Assembly: GCA_039030515.1 (NCBI GenBank)
Contig: JBCCEA010000042.1
Span: forward strand, 1-31,957
Length of the DNA: 31,957 nt
Direction of reading: 5' to 3'
DNA from: Myxococcota bacterium
GTDB lineage: Bacteria; Myxococcota_A; Polyangia; Polyangiales; Houyiibacteriaceae
The notes under the pieces were generated by a model. That model was not told where the DNA came from and did not search any database. It worked only from the letters and a program-made list of their open reading frames with translations. Shown one piece after another: positions 16,760 through 25,933 of the stretch (within the stretch, counting starts at the first letter, position 1; the number at the start of each line of letters is the position of its first letter). The translations under genes were made by a program, and so were the position numbers.

Positions 16760-18223
16760 ATGATCAAGGTGCAGCGTGCTCTGCGCGCATTGAGCATACT
16801 CCTTTGCACGTGGGCCGCACTCCTCGCGGTAGGATGGGCCGCGGGGCATGTGCCTCCCCCCACACGTCCACCCGCCGCTGAGCCTGAGCGGACGGGGGCC
16901 GGGACTAGCGGCTCCGCCGAGAGGCAAGAAGAGCCGCTTGTCGCAACCAAACCACCGGATGCTGGCGCAAGAAAGACGGGGCGCGTTGACGAGAGATGGA
17001 CGCCTGCGGTTGAAAGACCCGGTCCGTCGCACTCGGAACATGCAGCATCGAGATTTGAATTGTGCCGCGGAAACACAGCACCCGTTTTGCTTCAGCCGAT
17101 TCGAGTGCTGCCGCAAGGGGTCCAGTTGGCGATCGGTTGCGGTACCCAGGTTCGCGTAGTCGCGTTTAGACCGGGCGAGGAGCCAATGACTCCGGAAACG
17201 GTGCTGACGATTCAGGCAGAAAACTCGGTGGCCCACACGTCCATGTGGTCGAGCGCCGTGGCCTCAGGGGATGTCGACGCCGATGGCCTTGCAGACCTCG
17301 CGCTTTCGTTCGTACGCACCGAACCCTCAGGGGTACCCCGCGGTGGCGAGGTATACCTAGTGCACCGCAGTTCCTCGGGATCTTTTGAACGAATCTCCTT
17401 CTTGGCACCGGTATCCGCGACGGACATCCTCCTGAGCCGGTTCGATGAGACCGCAGGTCTCGATCCGATCGTGGTGCATTGGGCCGATGCACACGTACGT
17501 CGCCCCGGCGAACTTTGGTTCTTCCGCGGCAGTGTTTCACCGGAGCGAGTGCATACGCGCCCCATTGGACTTTCAGGTCGCTTTGCGGTCACGGTTGATT
17601 TGAACCGAGATGGCTACATGGACGTCGTCTCTTCTTCTCCGGACAACGACCGCATAGACTTACTCTTCGGTGATGGGCGGGGAGCGGTGGCCGATGCCAG
17701 GCAACTGGAGGTCGAGGCGGCAGACTCGATGGTCGTCGGTGACATCAACGGAGACGGAGCATCGGATGTCGTGATCGCCGGTAAGGGCGTTTCTCTAGTG
17801 ACCGCAGCTACGGCCGATCATTTCTCTCCGAGGCTACTCTCGGGTGCCCGCGACATCTCCCTTATCGACGTAGTGGACATCGACGGAGACGGGCTTCAGG
17901 ATCTGGTGGCGCTCCAAAACTATCGCATCGTACTTCTGCGCCAGCGAGAACATCTCACTTTTGAGCTGAGCACCCTAGCCTCCCTACCCTCAGATGAGCT
18001 CCCGGTGGCGCTCGCGATAGCGGACTTCGATGAAGATGGAGATCTCGATCTAGCGATCGCTCTGCGCACGACGGATTCCGTGCCCCGCTGTCAGATCACG
18101 TTCCTACCGAATCTGAGCAACGCACCAGAATTTACCCGAAGAGCGCATATAAAAGCAGACCCAGAAGTCACCAAAATCCAAGCGGCACCGCTAAGCCTCT
18201 CGATCGCGCTTAGACCATCGTGA
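16760..18223 (+). CDS. Secreted or membrane-anchored FG-GAP/VCBS-repeat protein
   Basis: Repeated D-x-D/N-x-D-G-x-x-D motifs (GDVDADGLAD, DLNRDGYMD, GDINGDGASD, DIDGDGLQD, ADFDEDGDLD); hydrophobic N-terminus. Confidence 0.85.
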   Translation: MIKVQRALRALSILLCTWAALLAVGWAAGHVPPPTRPPAAEPERTGAGTSGSAERQEEPLVATKPPDAGARKTGRVDERWTPAVERPGPSHSEHAASRFELCRGNTAPVLLQPIRVLPQGVQLAIGCGTQVRVVAFRPGEEPMTPETVLTIQAENSVAHTSMWSSAVASGDVDADGLADLALSFVRTEPSGVPRGGEVYLVHRSSSGSFERISFLAPVSATDILLSRFDETAGLDPIVVHWADAHVRRPGELWFFRGSVSPERVHTRPIGLSGRFAVTVDLNRDGYMDVVSSSPDNDRIDLLFGDGRGAVADARQLEVEAADSMVVGDINGDGASDVVIAGKGVSLVTAATADHFSPRLLSGARDISLIDVVDIDGDGLQDLVALQNYRIVLLRQREHLTFELSTLASLPSDELPVALAIADFDEDGDLDLAIALRTTDSVPRCQITFLPNLSNAPEFTRRAHIKADPEVTKIQAAPLSLSIALRPS

Positions 18224-18283
18224 CGTAGGCAGATCTTCTGCCTAGAGCGCCTGGCCCTCAGGTAGAAACGCAGATCCGTCGCT

Positions 18284-18952
18284 TTAGAAGGCGTGACGCT
18301 CAGAACCGCTACCGTGGACGAGCGTCTGATCGAGCAGATGCTGGGCTTCGGCCGCATCGATCCATCCCTCTATCGACGTTTCGTCCTCCGCGTCGTAACT
18401 CGAAAACCAGCGTTCGAGGATTTCACGAACGCCGGGATAACGACCGTCCAACTCTGCAAGGTCTCGAACGTCTCGAAAGGGCCCACGGTAGTCAGGCTCG
18501 GCTCGAACGGCGATCCACTTATCATCTTGCGCTCCGGCGTCGGTAAGTCGCAGCGCTCCGACGAGTCGCACTCTAAGAACCGCTCCTCTTGCGACCGGGG
18601 TGCCGAGGACCAACACGTCCAGGGGATCTCCATCGCCGCCTCGATCCCGAGACCACATCGTCGAAGGAACAATACCGTAGTTGCCCGGGTACCCTAGGTA
18701 GTCTACGACGCGAGGTCGCCCGTTTCGCTGCTCCCAGATCAGCTGCCCGGTCTCGTGATCGATCATGTACTTGGCGTTGGTTCCAGTTGGAATCTCGATG
18801 ACCGCGTTGACCGTCCCATCATCGTTCTTTGCACGAATATCGTGGACCAAATGAGGGGTCTTGACGCACGCAGGTATACCGAGCGAACAGAGAGCCAAAC
18901 AACAGGCAATGCGACCTAGAACCGCAAGGCGAACTCCGTGCATCAACGCCAT
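18284..18952 (-). CDS. ppa: Family I inorganic pyrophosphatase with signal/lipoprotein-like N-terminus
   Basis: [28 protein letters not shown]. Confidence 0.88.
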   Translation of the reverse strand: MALMHGVRLAVLGRIACCLALCSLGIPACVKTPHLVHDIRAKNDDGTVNAVIEIPTGTNAKYMIDHETGQLIWEQRNGRPRVVDYLGYPGNYGIVPSTMWSRDRGGDGDPLDVLVLGTPVARGAVLRVRLVGALRLTDAGAQDDKWIAVRAEPDYRGPFRDVRDLAELDGRYPGVREILERWFSSYDAEDETSIEGWIDAAEAQHLLDQTLVHGSGSERHAF

Positions 18953-19128
18953 ATCTAGACCCTAGCAGCTGCCGCGACGACAGCCCGTCCCGGCAGAAAC
19001 GATCCATAGAAGGCAGCTCTGCGGCATTCGAGGCCAACCGCGAAGAAGAGACGAGGTCCACACACTCCGCTTGCGGTCGCCTAGCGGTTCACGCTACACG
19101 CGAGGGAACTTTGGAGGCAACAACTGCT

Positions 19129-19689
19129 ATGAGCGACACCCCTGCACCCCCTATCGAAGAGCTTGTCCCCGGCACAGGTGAGCTTCGAGCGATCCTGCGT
19201 ACCAGTATGGGCGACATCACCTGCGCGCTCCACGAGCAAGAGGCGCCCCGCACCGTAGCCAACTTCGTGGCCCTAGCCCTTGGAAAAGTGGAGTGGACGA
19301 AGCCGGACGGGACCAAAACCGAGGAGCCTCTCTACTCAGGCACGATATTTCATCGCGTCATCGCAGATTTCATGCTTCAGGGGGGTGATCCCAAAGGCAA
19401 TGGAACTGGAGGTCCGGGCTACCGCTGGGACGATGAGATCAGTCCGGTGCTGCGCCATGACCGCCCTGGGATTCTCTCCATGGCCAACGCGGGTCCCAAT
19501 ACCAACGGATCGCAGTTTTTTATTACCGAGGTTGCCACGCCCTGGCTCGATGGAAAGCATGCGGTATTCGGCAGCGTCATCGAAGGAATCGAAGTGGTGC
19601 AGACGATCGCGCGCGTGCCGAAAGGAGCGTCGGATCGGCCGAAGGAAGATATCGTGTTGAATTCAATCGAAGTCACCCGAGCGAGCTAG
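19129..19689 (+). CDS. Cyclophilin-type peptidyl-prolyl cis-trans isomerase
   Basis: [52 protein letters not shown] upstream of ATG 19129. Confidence 0.96.
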   Translation: MSDTPAPPIEELVPGTGELRAILRTSMGDITCALHEQEAPRTVANFVALALGKVEWTKPDGTKTEEPLYSGTIFHRVIADFMLQGGDPKGNGTGGPGYRWDDEISPVLRHDRPGILSMANAGPNTNGSQFFITEVATPWLDGKHAVFGSVIEGIEVVQTIARVPKGASDRPKEDIVLNSIEVTRAS

Positions 19690-19758
19690 ACCGGAACCGG
19701 TCGGCCGCCGAAGATGGCCAAGCCTAAGGCAAGGATAGACTTCGTAGAGAGACAAGAC

Positions 19759-19787
19759 GCGGATCGGTTCTTAGGGGGCCGGTCCGC
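19759..19787 (+). terminator. Possible stem-loop between convergent genes
   Basis: GCGGATCGGTTCT-TAG-GGGGCCGGTCCGC pairs with several G-U wobbles on the + strand; no clear U-tract. Confidence 0.35.
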
Positions 19788-19866
19788 ACTACGTTAAGAG
19801 AAGGGATCTCAGAGGATTAAGAGCAAAGGTCTCAAAAAACCGGATCAGACGACCGCAGCCAATTCT

Positions 19867-20292
19867 TCAAGGCAGAAAGCGCGCTCTTTGATCTAGGGAA
19901 GGCACAGCGCATACATCGTGCTTGCCCCACACTCGGTAGCGAACTGCGGCCACCGCTCGATAGCCGAGATCCGCAAGCCGTGCGGGAATCACTCGAAGCC
20001 ACGAAAGTATATGCCAAGGGTAGCCGAGGTGTTTGAGCGCATTGAGAACCGCCCTGGAGCGTAGATGTACCTGACCGCGCTCCAGGTAGACGATCGTATC
20101 TACGTCTTTGGGGATTTGGGGGTAGCGCTTACGAAGCGACTCTGAGGTTTCACCTTGAAGAGGAGCAAAATAAAATCGACCCGAGGCATCGTGTTGCAAA
20201 AGGAACTGAACAGATCGGGTGCATAGACCACAGACACCGTCGTAGAGGATGAGGTGGTCCGGCTGCGTGGAAGAAATGGGTTCGGTATGCAC
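19867..20292 (-). CDS. DCC1-like thiol-disulfide oxidoreductase (DUF393)
   Basis: N-terminal YDGVCGLC (DxxCxxC), FAPLQG, YRAVAAVRYRVWG, C-terminal RFL. Confidence 0.9.
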   Translation of the reverse strand: MHTEPISSTQPDHLILYDGVCGLCTRSVQFLLQHDASGRFYFAPLQGETSESLRKRYPQIPKDVDTIVYLERGQVHLRSRAVLNALKHLGYPWHILSWLRVIPARLADLGYRAVAAVRYRVWGKHDVCAVPSLDQRARFLP

Positions 20293-20359
20293 GTTGGGAG
20301 CTTGGGCACTTTACTCGAGAAATCAAGCCCTCCTCTCCTGTTCCAGCCTCTCTGATTTG

Positions 20360-21286
20360 CTACCGCCGGGCTTCTGCTGCCAGACGGTCTAAGCGACGTC
20401 CTTCTTCGATCACGTGAGAGGGAGGCTCCCGAATATCCCAAACAAGCCCCAAGGCGCCCATCAGACGGATAAAGTAGTAGGTCACGTCGATTTCCCACCA
20501 GTAGAATCCGTTGCGGCAACTCGACTGATAGTGGTGATGGTTGTTGTGCCATCCTTCACCGTGGGTAATGAGGGCGATGAGCCAATTGTTGCGACTCTCG
20601 TCACCGTTGCAAAACCGTTTTTCTCCCACCACGTGACTTAAAGAGTTCACGAGGAAGGTGCCGTGCCAAAGCAAGACCTGACTTCCAAAAAACCCCACGA
20701 ATAAGCCGGGCCATCCCATCCAAAGGAGACATCCAATCGCCAAAAGCACCGGCTGAAGAGCCCAATAACGATTGAGCCAAACCAGTTCTGGATAGTTCGC
20801 AAAGTCTCGGATCTTATGCCAGTGGGTTACCGCTGTATCCGCGAAGAGCCAGCCCAAATGCGCATAAAAAACCGAGTCTATCACCGGAGAATGCACGTCT
20901 CCTGGGCGGTCCGATTTCTTATGGTGCACTCGATGATGTGAGGCCCACCAAAGAACACCTTTCTGAGAAGAACTTTGCGCCAAAAATGCAAAAATAAACT
21001 GGAGCACTCGAGAAGTCTTGTACGTCCGATGTGCAAAATACCTATGGTAGAAGGCGGTCACAAAGAGCATACGAACCGTAAACAACACGAAGCAAAGCAC
21101 CAGTGATTGCGTATTCACTCCGGACCACAGGGCTCCAAAAACCGCGAGATGAGCGAGGACGAACGTAAGCGAACCGGACCATTGGTAGCTGTTCTTACTT
21201 TGCCGCGGGATGATCTCGAGTGAATCGATCTCGACTGAATCGATCGCGTGCGCCTCAGCAACATCGACGGTGCGTTCGGAATCCAT
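20360..21286 (-). CDS. Membrane fatty-acid (delta-9 type acyl-CoA) desaturase
   Basis: Three His boxes HRYFAH, HRVHH, HNNHH; WWEIDVTY. Confidence 0.93.
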   Translation of the reverse strand: MDSERTVDVAEAHAIDSVEIDSLEIIPRQSKNSYQWSGSLTFVLAHLAVFGALWSGVNTQSLVLCFVLFTVRMLFVTAFYHRYFAHRTYKTSRVLQFIFAFLAQSSSQKGVLWWASHHRVHHKKSDRPGDVHSPVIDSVFYAHLGWLFADTAVTHWHKIRDFANYPELVWLNRYWALQPVLLAIGCLLWMGWPGLFVGFFGSQVLLWHGTFLVNSLSHVVGEKRFCNGDESRNNWLIALITHGEGWHNNHHHYQSSCRNGFYWWEIDVTYYFIRLMGALGLVWDIREPPSHVIEEGRRLDRLAAEARR

Positions 21287-21449
21287 TGCGGAGGACCATA
21301 AAAGATGGGCCGAGCATCTGAAGTCATACTTCGGTCATCGTTTCTTCTTCTAGTGTCACCATTTCGTCATTGGCCGACGTTTTGATTCGTCAGCCGACAT
21401 CCACCGAGGCTTTTGCGGCGTCCTGCACTGCCGCTAGTCCAAATCCAGG

Positions 21450-22181
21450 TCAGGGCAGAAACCGGTAGCCGGCACCTCGAACGGACACGAAATGCACGGG
21501 GGTTGAGGGTTCCTCTTCGAAATGTCGGCGAAGACGCGATATGAAATTATCCACTGTCCGCGCGCTAGCGTAGTTGCGCAGCTTCCAGACCTTCTCGAGC
21601 AGTTCGTCGCGACGGATCACTCTATCTGGGTGATCGACAAAATATCTCAGCAGATCGAACTCGAGTTGGGTGAGCCGTAGGGACTCTTCTCCTCGTTTCA
21701 CCTCATGCGTGGCGAAGTTCACGATGTTTTGGCCAAAAGCAAACGTCGCAGTCTCTTTCGTCTGTTCGGGATTCTTGGCCCACGCCTGCCGGCGCAAACA
21801 CGAGCGTATCCGGGCCAGCAGCTCATCCAAAGCAAAGGGCTTGACCAGATAATCATCAGCCCCGGCTTCAAGCCCGCACACCCGATCTTCCGGAGCGTCA
21901 CGAGCGGTGAGCATCACCACAGGAACGTAGTTACCTGACTCACGCAATTTACTGCAGAGTTCAAAACCACTCACGTCTGGCAGCATCACATCGAGCACCA
22001 GGAGCTGATATCGGTCGGGACACAGCAGCAGTTGCGCTGCCTCTTTCGCCGTGCCCGCCACATCCACCGCATGCCCATCAAGCTCCAAGTTGAGCTTCAA
22101 TCCGGCAGCAAGATGTTCCTCGTCTTCGATAACGAGGATTCGAGAGTCGATGGCCAACTCATTCGTCGCGCGCTCTGTCAT
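21450..22181 (-). CDS. OmpR/PhoB-family response regulator
   Basis: REC (IEDE, LDVMLP, LTAR, KPF) plus winged helix (RTVDNFISRLR, VRGAGY); 4-bp overlap with the kinase gene. Confidence 0.95.
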   Translation of the reverse strand: MTERATNELAIDSRILVIEDEEHLAAGLKLNLELDGHAVDVAGTAKEAAQLLLCPDRYQLLVLDVMLPDVSGFELCSKLRESGNYVPVVMLTARDAPEDRVCGLEAGADDYLVKPFALDELLARIRSCLRRQAWAKNPEQTKETATFAFGQNIVNFATHEVKRGEESLRLTQLEFDLLRYFVDHPDRVIRRDELLEKVWKLRNYASARTVDNFISRLRRHFEEEPSTPVHFVSVRGAGYRFLP

Positions 22182-23110
22182 GAACCACGTCGCCTATCCT
22201 GCGGCAGCACGATCCGTATGATGGTGCCTTGACCGGGCCCGTCGCTTATGGCTTCCACCCTCCCGCCAAGATTTTTCACCAGTGCAGAAACCACGAAAAG
22301 ACCTAGACCCGTACCTCTCCTTTGACGAACGACACTGAGCGGAACCCGATAGAAGCGATGAAAGATCCTCTTTTGCAGCTTCTTGGGAATACCGATTCCT
22401 CGATCTCGAACTTCGATGACGGCGCGCCCATCGCGAATCTCACCGAGGACGGTAACCTGTACCTCATCCTCAGAATACTTGATCGCATTGTCCACCAGAT
22501 TCTTGATCACGACCTCCAACGCTGCCGGGTCGGTATTGAGACGAAGTTCGGCATTCACCCGAACCTGAACCAGGCTTCGATCTACACCACGACGTTCTGC
22601 CGCGACCTGGACACTCCGATGCAGCAAATCGGCGAGGGAAACCTCCCTGAGGCTGACAACCGTCTTGTCGTAACTTACCTGACTCGCCTGCAACACGTCG
22701 TCGATGAAGGACGCGAGCCGGCGCACATCCGACATCATCATTTGACGCAACAAAGACTGTTTTTCGCGAGTCAGGCCTTCGCGATCAAGCGTTTCCAAAC
22801 ATAGTCGTATTGAAGCGAGAGGACTACGCAACTCGTGGGTCACGGAGTCGATAAAGCTGTACTGACGGCGCACTTCGCCCATCTCTTTTGCGATAAATAC
22901 ACTGAAGATGATCAGAACGGAGACGATAAACGCAAAGCTTAAGACGCCAAGGATCAAAAACCACACGTTCGGGGAGACCTCTTCAGTGAGCGAAATCGCT
23001 TGGGCGATAAAAAGGACCCAACCCACAAGCAGAGCAAGGCTTAGAGCTACCGCAATCGAGGTAAGCACGACTGGGAGCGTGAACGAGCGAAGGGTTCGAT
23101 GGTGCGTCAT
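22178..23110 (-). CDS. Membrane sensor histidine kinase (2 TM, very short loop)
   Basis: THELRSPL, NLVDNAIKYS, DRGIGI, GTGLGL. Confidence 0.93.
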   Translation of the reverse strand: MTHHRTLRSFTLPVVLTSIAVALSLALLVGWVLFIAQAISLTEEVSPNVWFLILGVLSFAFIVSVLIIFSVFIAKEMGEVRRQYSFIDSVTHELRSPLASIRLCLETLDREGLTREKQSLLRQMMMSDVRRLASFIDDVLQASQVSYDKTVVSLREVSLADLLHRSVQVAAERRGVDRSLVQVRVNAELRLNTDPAALEVVIKNLVDNAIKYSEDEVQVTVLGEIRDGRAVIEVRDRGIGIPKKLQKRIFHRFYRVPLSVVRQRRGTGLGLFVVSALVKNLGGRVEAISDGPGQGTIIRIVLPQDRRRGS

Positions 23111-23177
23111 GCTTCAAGTCTGCCGGTCGTCGAACGCGTATGCGGGTGCACGAAGAAGGAACCGGGTCTGAAGACGA

Positions 23178-23771
23178 TCAAATCGGAGCGCCGCGAGGAA
23201 GGCCCTCTAGCTGGGCCTCGACGCGAAACGCACCGAGCGGTCCGCTCGCATCATCCTCGATCACGATCGCTCTGGTCGCGGTATCGATTTGAAACGCCGC
23301 ATCACCATCGGCGCTGCGCGTCTGCCGGTCTTCCCCTCGAATCCGGCTACCTAGCTCTTGATACTCGCAAGGAAAGTACCCGGCATTCTTACCTCCGTAG
23401 AGGGTGCGGCTTCCACAGCGAACCTCAGCTCGGCAAGCGTAACCTGAAGGGTAACCGCTTGCGGCAACACGCTGCAGAGCCACGCTGCAACGGTCTCCAA
23501 CCCGAAACATCTGGGCAGGACGCGCCTTCGTCACGACCGCCAACCGCACCTCCGGCTGCGATCCGAATCCCTTGGGCCTCTGGGCTGATGGAGGTATGGG
23601 CTGGGCTGATGGAGGCATGGGCGCTGGGCGTACCGCCACTGGATTGCCTACCCCGTCTACATCGACCGCAGTGAGAGCGACTGCTGCAGTCAGCAGAAAT
23701 CCCCCAAGAAAAGCACAACCACATCCGGTTAAGGCGAAGGGCAACCAAGAGTGTTCGGGCGGTCGGGCCAT
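23178..23771 (-). CDS. Hypothetical membrane-anchored protein with Pro-rich linker and Cys-containing C-terminal domain
   Basis: ORF fills the gap between the kinase and MutS-like genes; hydrophobic segment after MARPPEH; internal 21-bp duplication (PMPPSAQ/PIPPSAQ). Confidence 0.55.
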   Translation of the reverse strand: MARPPEHSWLPFALTGCGCAFLGGFLLTAAVALTAVDVDGVGNPVAVRPAPMPPSAQPIPPSAQRPKGFGSQPEVRLAVVTKARPAQMFRVGDRCSVALQRVAASGYPSGYACRAEVRCGSRTLYGGKNAGYFPCEYQELGSRIRGEDRQTRSADGDAAFQIDTATRAIVIEDDASGPLGAFRVEAQLEGLPRGAPI

Positions 23772-23922
23772 GTCACTCGAGCCTATCTCGAAATCTCCAG
23801 GCTGTCGCGGCGTCGATTCCGTCCTTTCAAAGCTGAGCAGGAGACCTGAGGGATACACGCCCATTTTCGCAGGGGTCGATGCCCACTGGCGTCGTAGACC
23901 GTTCGGCGGTACGAGCCACAGG

Positions 23923-25767
23923 GTGATCGAGTCGAAGACCGCACCCTCTGACGTGGACCCAGAGCGCTTTCATCAATCTCGTGCCGACACCCTGCATTCG
24001 CAAATCGAGTCGCTGGAGGGGACGGCGAATCGGTTTTCCATCGGACGCCTGGGCACCTTTCTGGTTTCGCTTTTTGCAGGGGCTTCCGGCTGCAACACGT
24101 CCTCGAACTGGCTTGTCGCGGCGGGTGCGGTGTTCTTTACGGCTTTTCTGATTTTGGTCGTGCTCCACGCGCGTTTGATGACGCGATTAGAGCAATCGCA
24201 AATGCGGCACCAGATACATCACCGTCACCTAAAGCGAGTCGCTGGAACGTGGACGGAGTTTACAGACGTCGGTAGCGGTCTTTTGCCAAAGAATCACGCT
24301 TACGCTTCGGATCTCGACCTGATCGGCAGGGGATCCCTATTTCAGCGTGTCGACACCAGCCATACGATTCTCGGAGCGCAAACACTGGCTCGCTGGCTTG
24401 GTTCGGCCGCCGATGCAGAAACGATTCGGAAGCGAGCAGAGGCAGTGCGGGAACTACGAGCTGCTCCAGAGTTTCTGATCGAACTGGAAGCAGCCACCCG
24501 TCTGGCCGGCAAGGAGCGCTTAGACCACACTCCTTTTTTGCAGTTCACCGATCGGCCTTCGTTCTTCACATCGAAACCATTCCTCGAGCTGGTCATCCAT
24601 CTCCTACCCGCTTTGGTGCTGGCACTCTTTGTAGCGAACCGGTTGGATATGGCTCCAGTCTGGCCTTGTACCGCGGCGGTTTTTCTCCAGGCCACCTTGC
24701 TGCTGTATACCTCGAAAGCAACCAGGACAGCCTTCGATCTCATCGCCGCACGACGCGGGTACATCGAGGCATTTCGAAGCGCGCTGGTATTGATCGAGTC
24801 AGCATCGTGGAACAGTCCACTGCTGCAACAGATTCAAGATCGAGTTCGCGTAAACGACAAAGCCCCCTCCAGCTACCTAAGGCAGCTCGATCGATGGGCA
24901 GGTCTCGCCGAGTTGCGCACGCAGTTCCCGATCAACATCCTCGCCAATGTGCTGTTGCTTTGGGATCTGCACGTGCTGCTCAGGCTAGAGCGGTGGAACG
25001 CGCAGATCGGAGGCCAGCTATCGGACGTATTTCAAGCGCTCGGAGAGACGGAGGCTCTGGCTTCCTTTGCGGCTCTTGCGTTCAGCGACCCCGACATCTG
25101 TTTTGCTGCACTCGTGGAGCCAGGAGAACCGCTTGAGGCCGTAGGTCTGACCCATCCTCTCATTTCACCCTGCCAGAGAGTTGCAAACGACGTGTCTCTC
25201 GCTGGCCCAGGCTCTGCGCTTATCGTAACCGGCTCGAATATGGCGGGAAAAAGCACACTGCTACGCGCTCTTGGACTCAATGTCGCGCTTGCACTGGCCG
25301 GGGGGCCAAGCTGCGCGAAGCGGCTTCGACTCCCCATCGTCAGGCTGAGGGCGAGCATGCGGGCCGACGACTCACTACAGCACGGTGCCAGCTACTTCCA
25401 CGCGGAACTCACCAAGCTGCAATCCGTCATCAAAGAGGCAGATCAGGAGCCACGCATTCTCTTTTTGCTCGACGAGTTACTGCGCGGCACCAACGCCAAA
25501 GCCAGACATGTTGGAGCGAGAGCTATATTAGAGTACCTGCTCGAGCGGCAGGCCTGTGGATTGGTCGCGACCCACGACGTGGCTCTTTCCCACATGGAAC
25601 AACGACCCAACATCCAAAATGTGCACTTCACCGATATTATCGAAAACGGCGAAATGACCTTCGACTACCGCCTCCGATCCGGAGTAGTGCGTACCAGTAA
25701 TGCGCTCAGGCTATTGGAGCTGGCGGGGATCACGATTCCAGACTCTTCTCAGCAGAGCGTTTCCTGA
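23923..25767 (+). CDS. MutS-related ATPase (domain V) with N-terminal membrane helices; not canonical MutS
   Basis: Walker A GSNMAGKS, SYFHAEL, Walker B LFLLDELLRGTN, ATHD, FDYRLRSG; start approximate (GTG 23923 or 23953). Confidence 0.88.
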   Translation: MIESKTAPSDVDPERFHQSRADTLHSQIESLEGTANRFSIGRLGTFLVSLFAGASGCNTSSNWLVAAGAVFFTAFLILVVLHARLMTRLEQSQMRHQIHHRHLKRVAGTWTEFTDVGSGLLPKNHAYASDLDLIGRGSLFQRVDTSHTILGAQTLARWLGSAADAETIRKRAEAVRELRAAPEFLIELEAATRLAGKERLDHTPFLQFTDRPSFFTSKPFLELVIHLLPALVLALFVANRLDMAPVWPCTAAVFLQATLLLYTSKATRTAFDLIAARRGYIEAFRSALVLIESASWNSPLLQQIQDRVRVNDKAPSSYLRQLDRWAGLAELRTQFPINILANVLLLWDLHVLLRLERWNAQIGGQLSDVFQALGETEALASFAALAFSDPDICFAALVEPGEPLEAVGLTHPLISPCQRVANDVSLAGPGSALIVTGSNMAGKSTLLRALGLNVALALAGGPSCAKRLRLPIVRLRASMRADDSLQHGASYFHAELTKLQSVIKEADQEPRILFLLDELLRGTNAKARHVGARAILEYLLERQACGLVATHDVALSHMEQRPNIQNVHFTDIIENGEMTFDYRLRSGVVRTSNALRLLELAGITIPDSSQQSVS

Positions 25768-25933
25768 GGCATTCCGGTTTCGCAAAACTCGAGCCCGGTC
25801 TGCCTTCGCCCAAGGCCGGCGAAACGATATCGATCCTGGTCAAAATGCGATAGATTATGGCGGATATATCCTCTATTTTGCCAGGCAGGGCTGGACTGGA
25901 CAAAGGTAGGTTGGCGAGAGATAGGTTGTTTCT

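Noticed and set aside
11759..21286. Acyl-CoA synthetase and desaturase as part of the signal-synthesis cluster
   Set aside because: Separated from the operon by housekeeping genes and transcribed separately; no sequence evidence of linkage.
21450..23110. Naming the two-component pair phoB/phoR
   Set aside because: Only generic OmpR-family motifs; the kinase lacks a PAS domain and the phosphate genes are not adjacent.
25748..25761. 14-nt match (CTCAGCAGAGCGTT) to the 17-bp repeat at the end of the MutS-like gene
   Set aside because: A single partial copy inside coding sequence; cannot be distinguished from chance without a genome-wide count.
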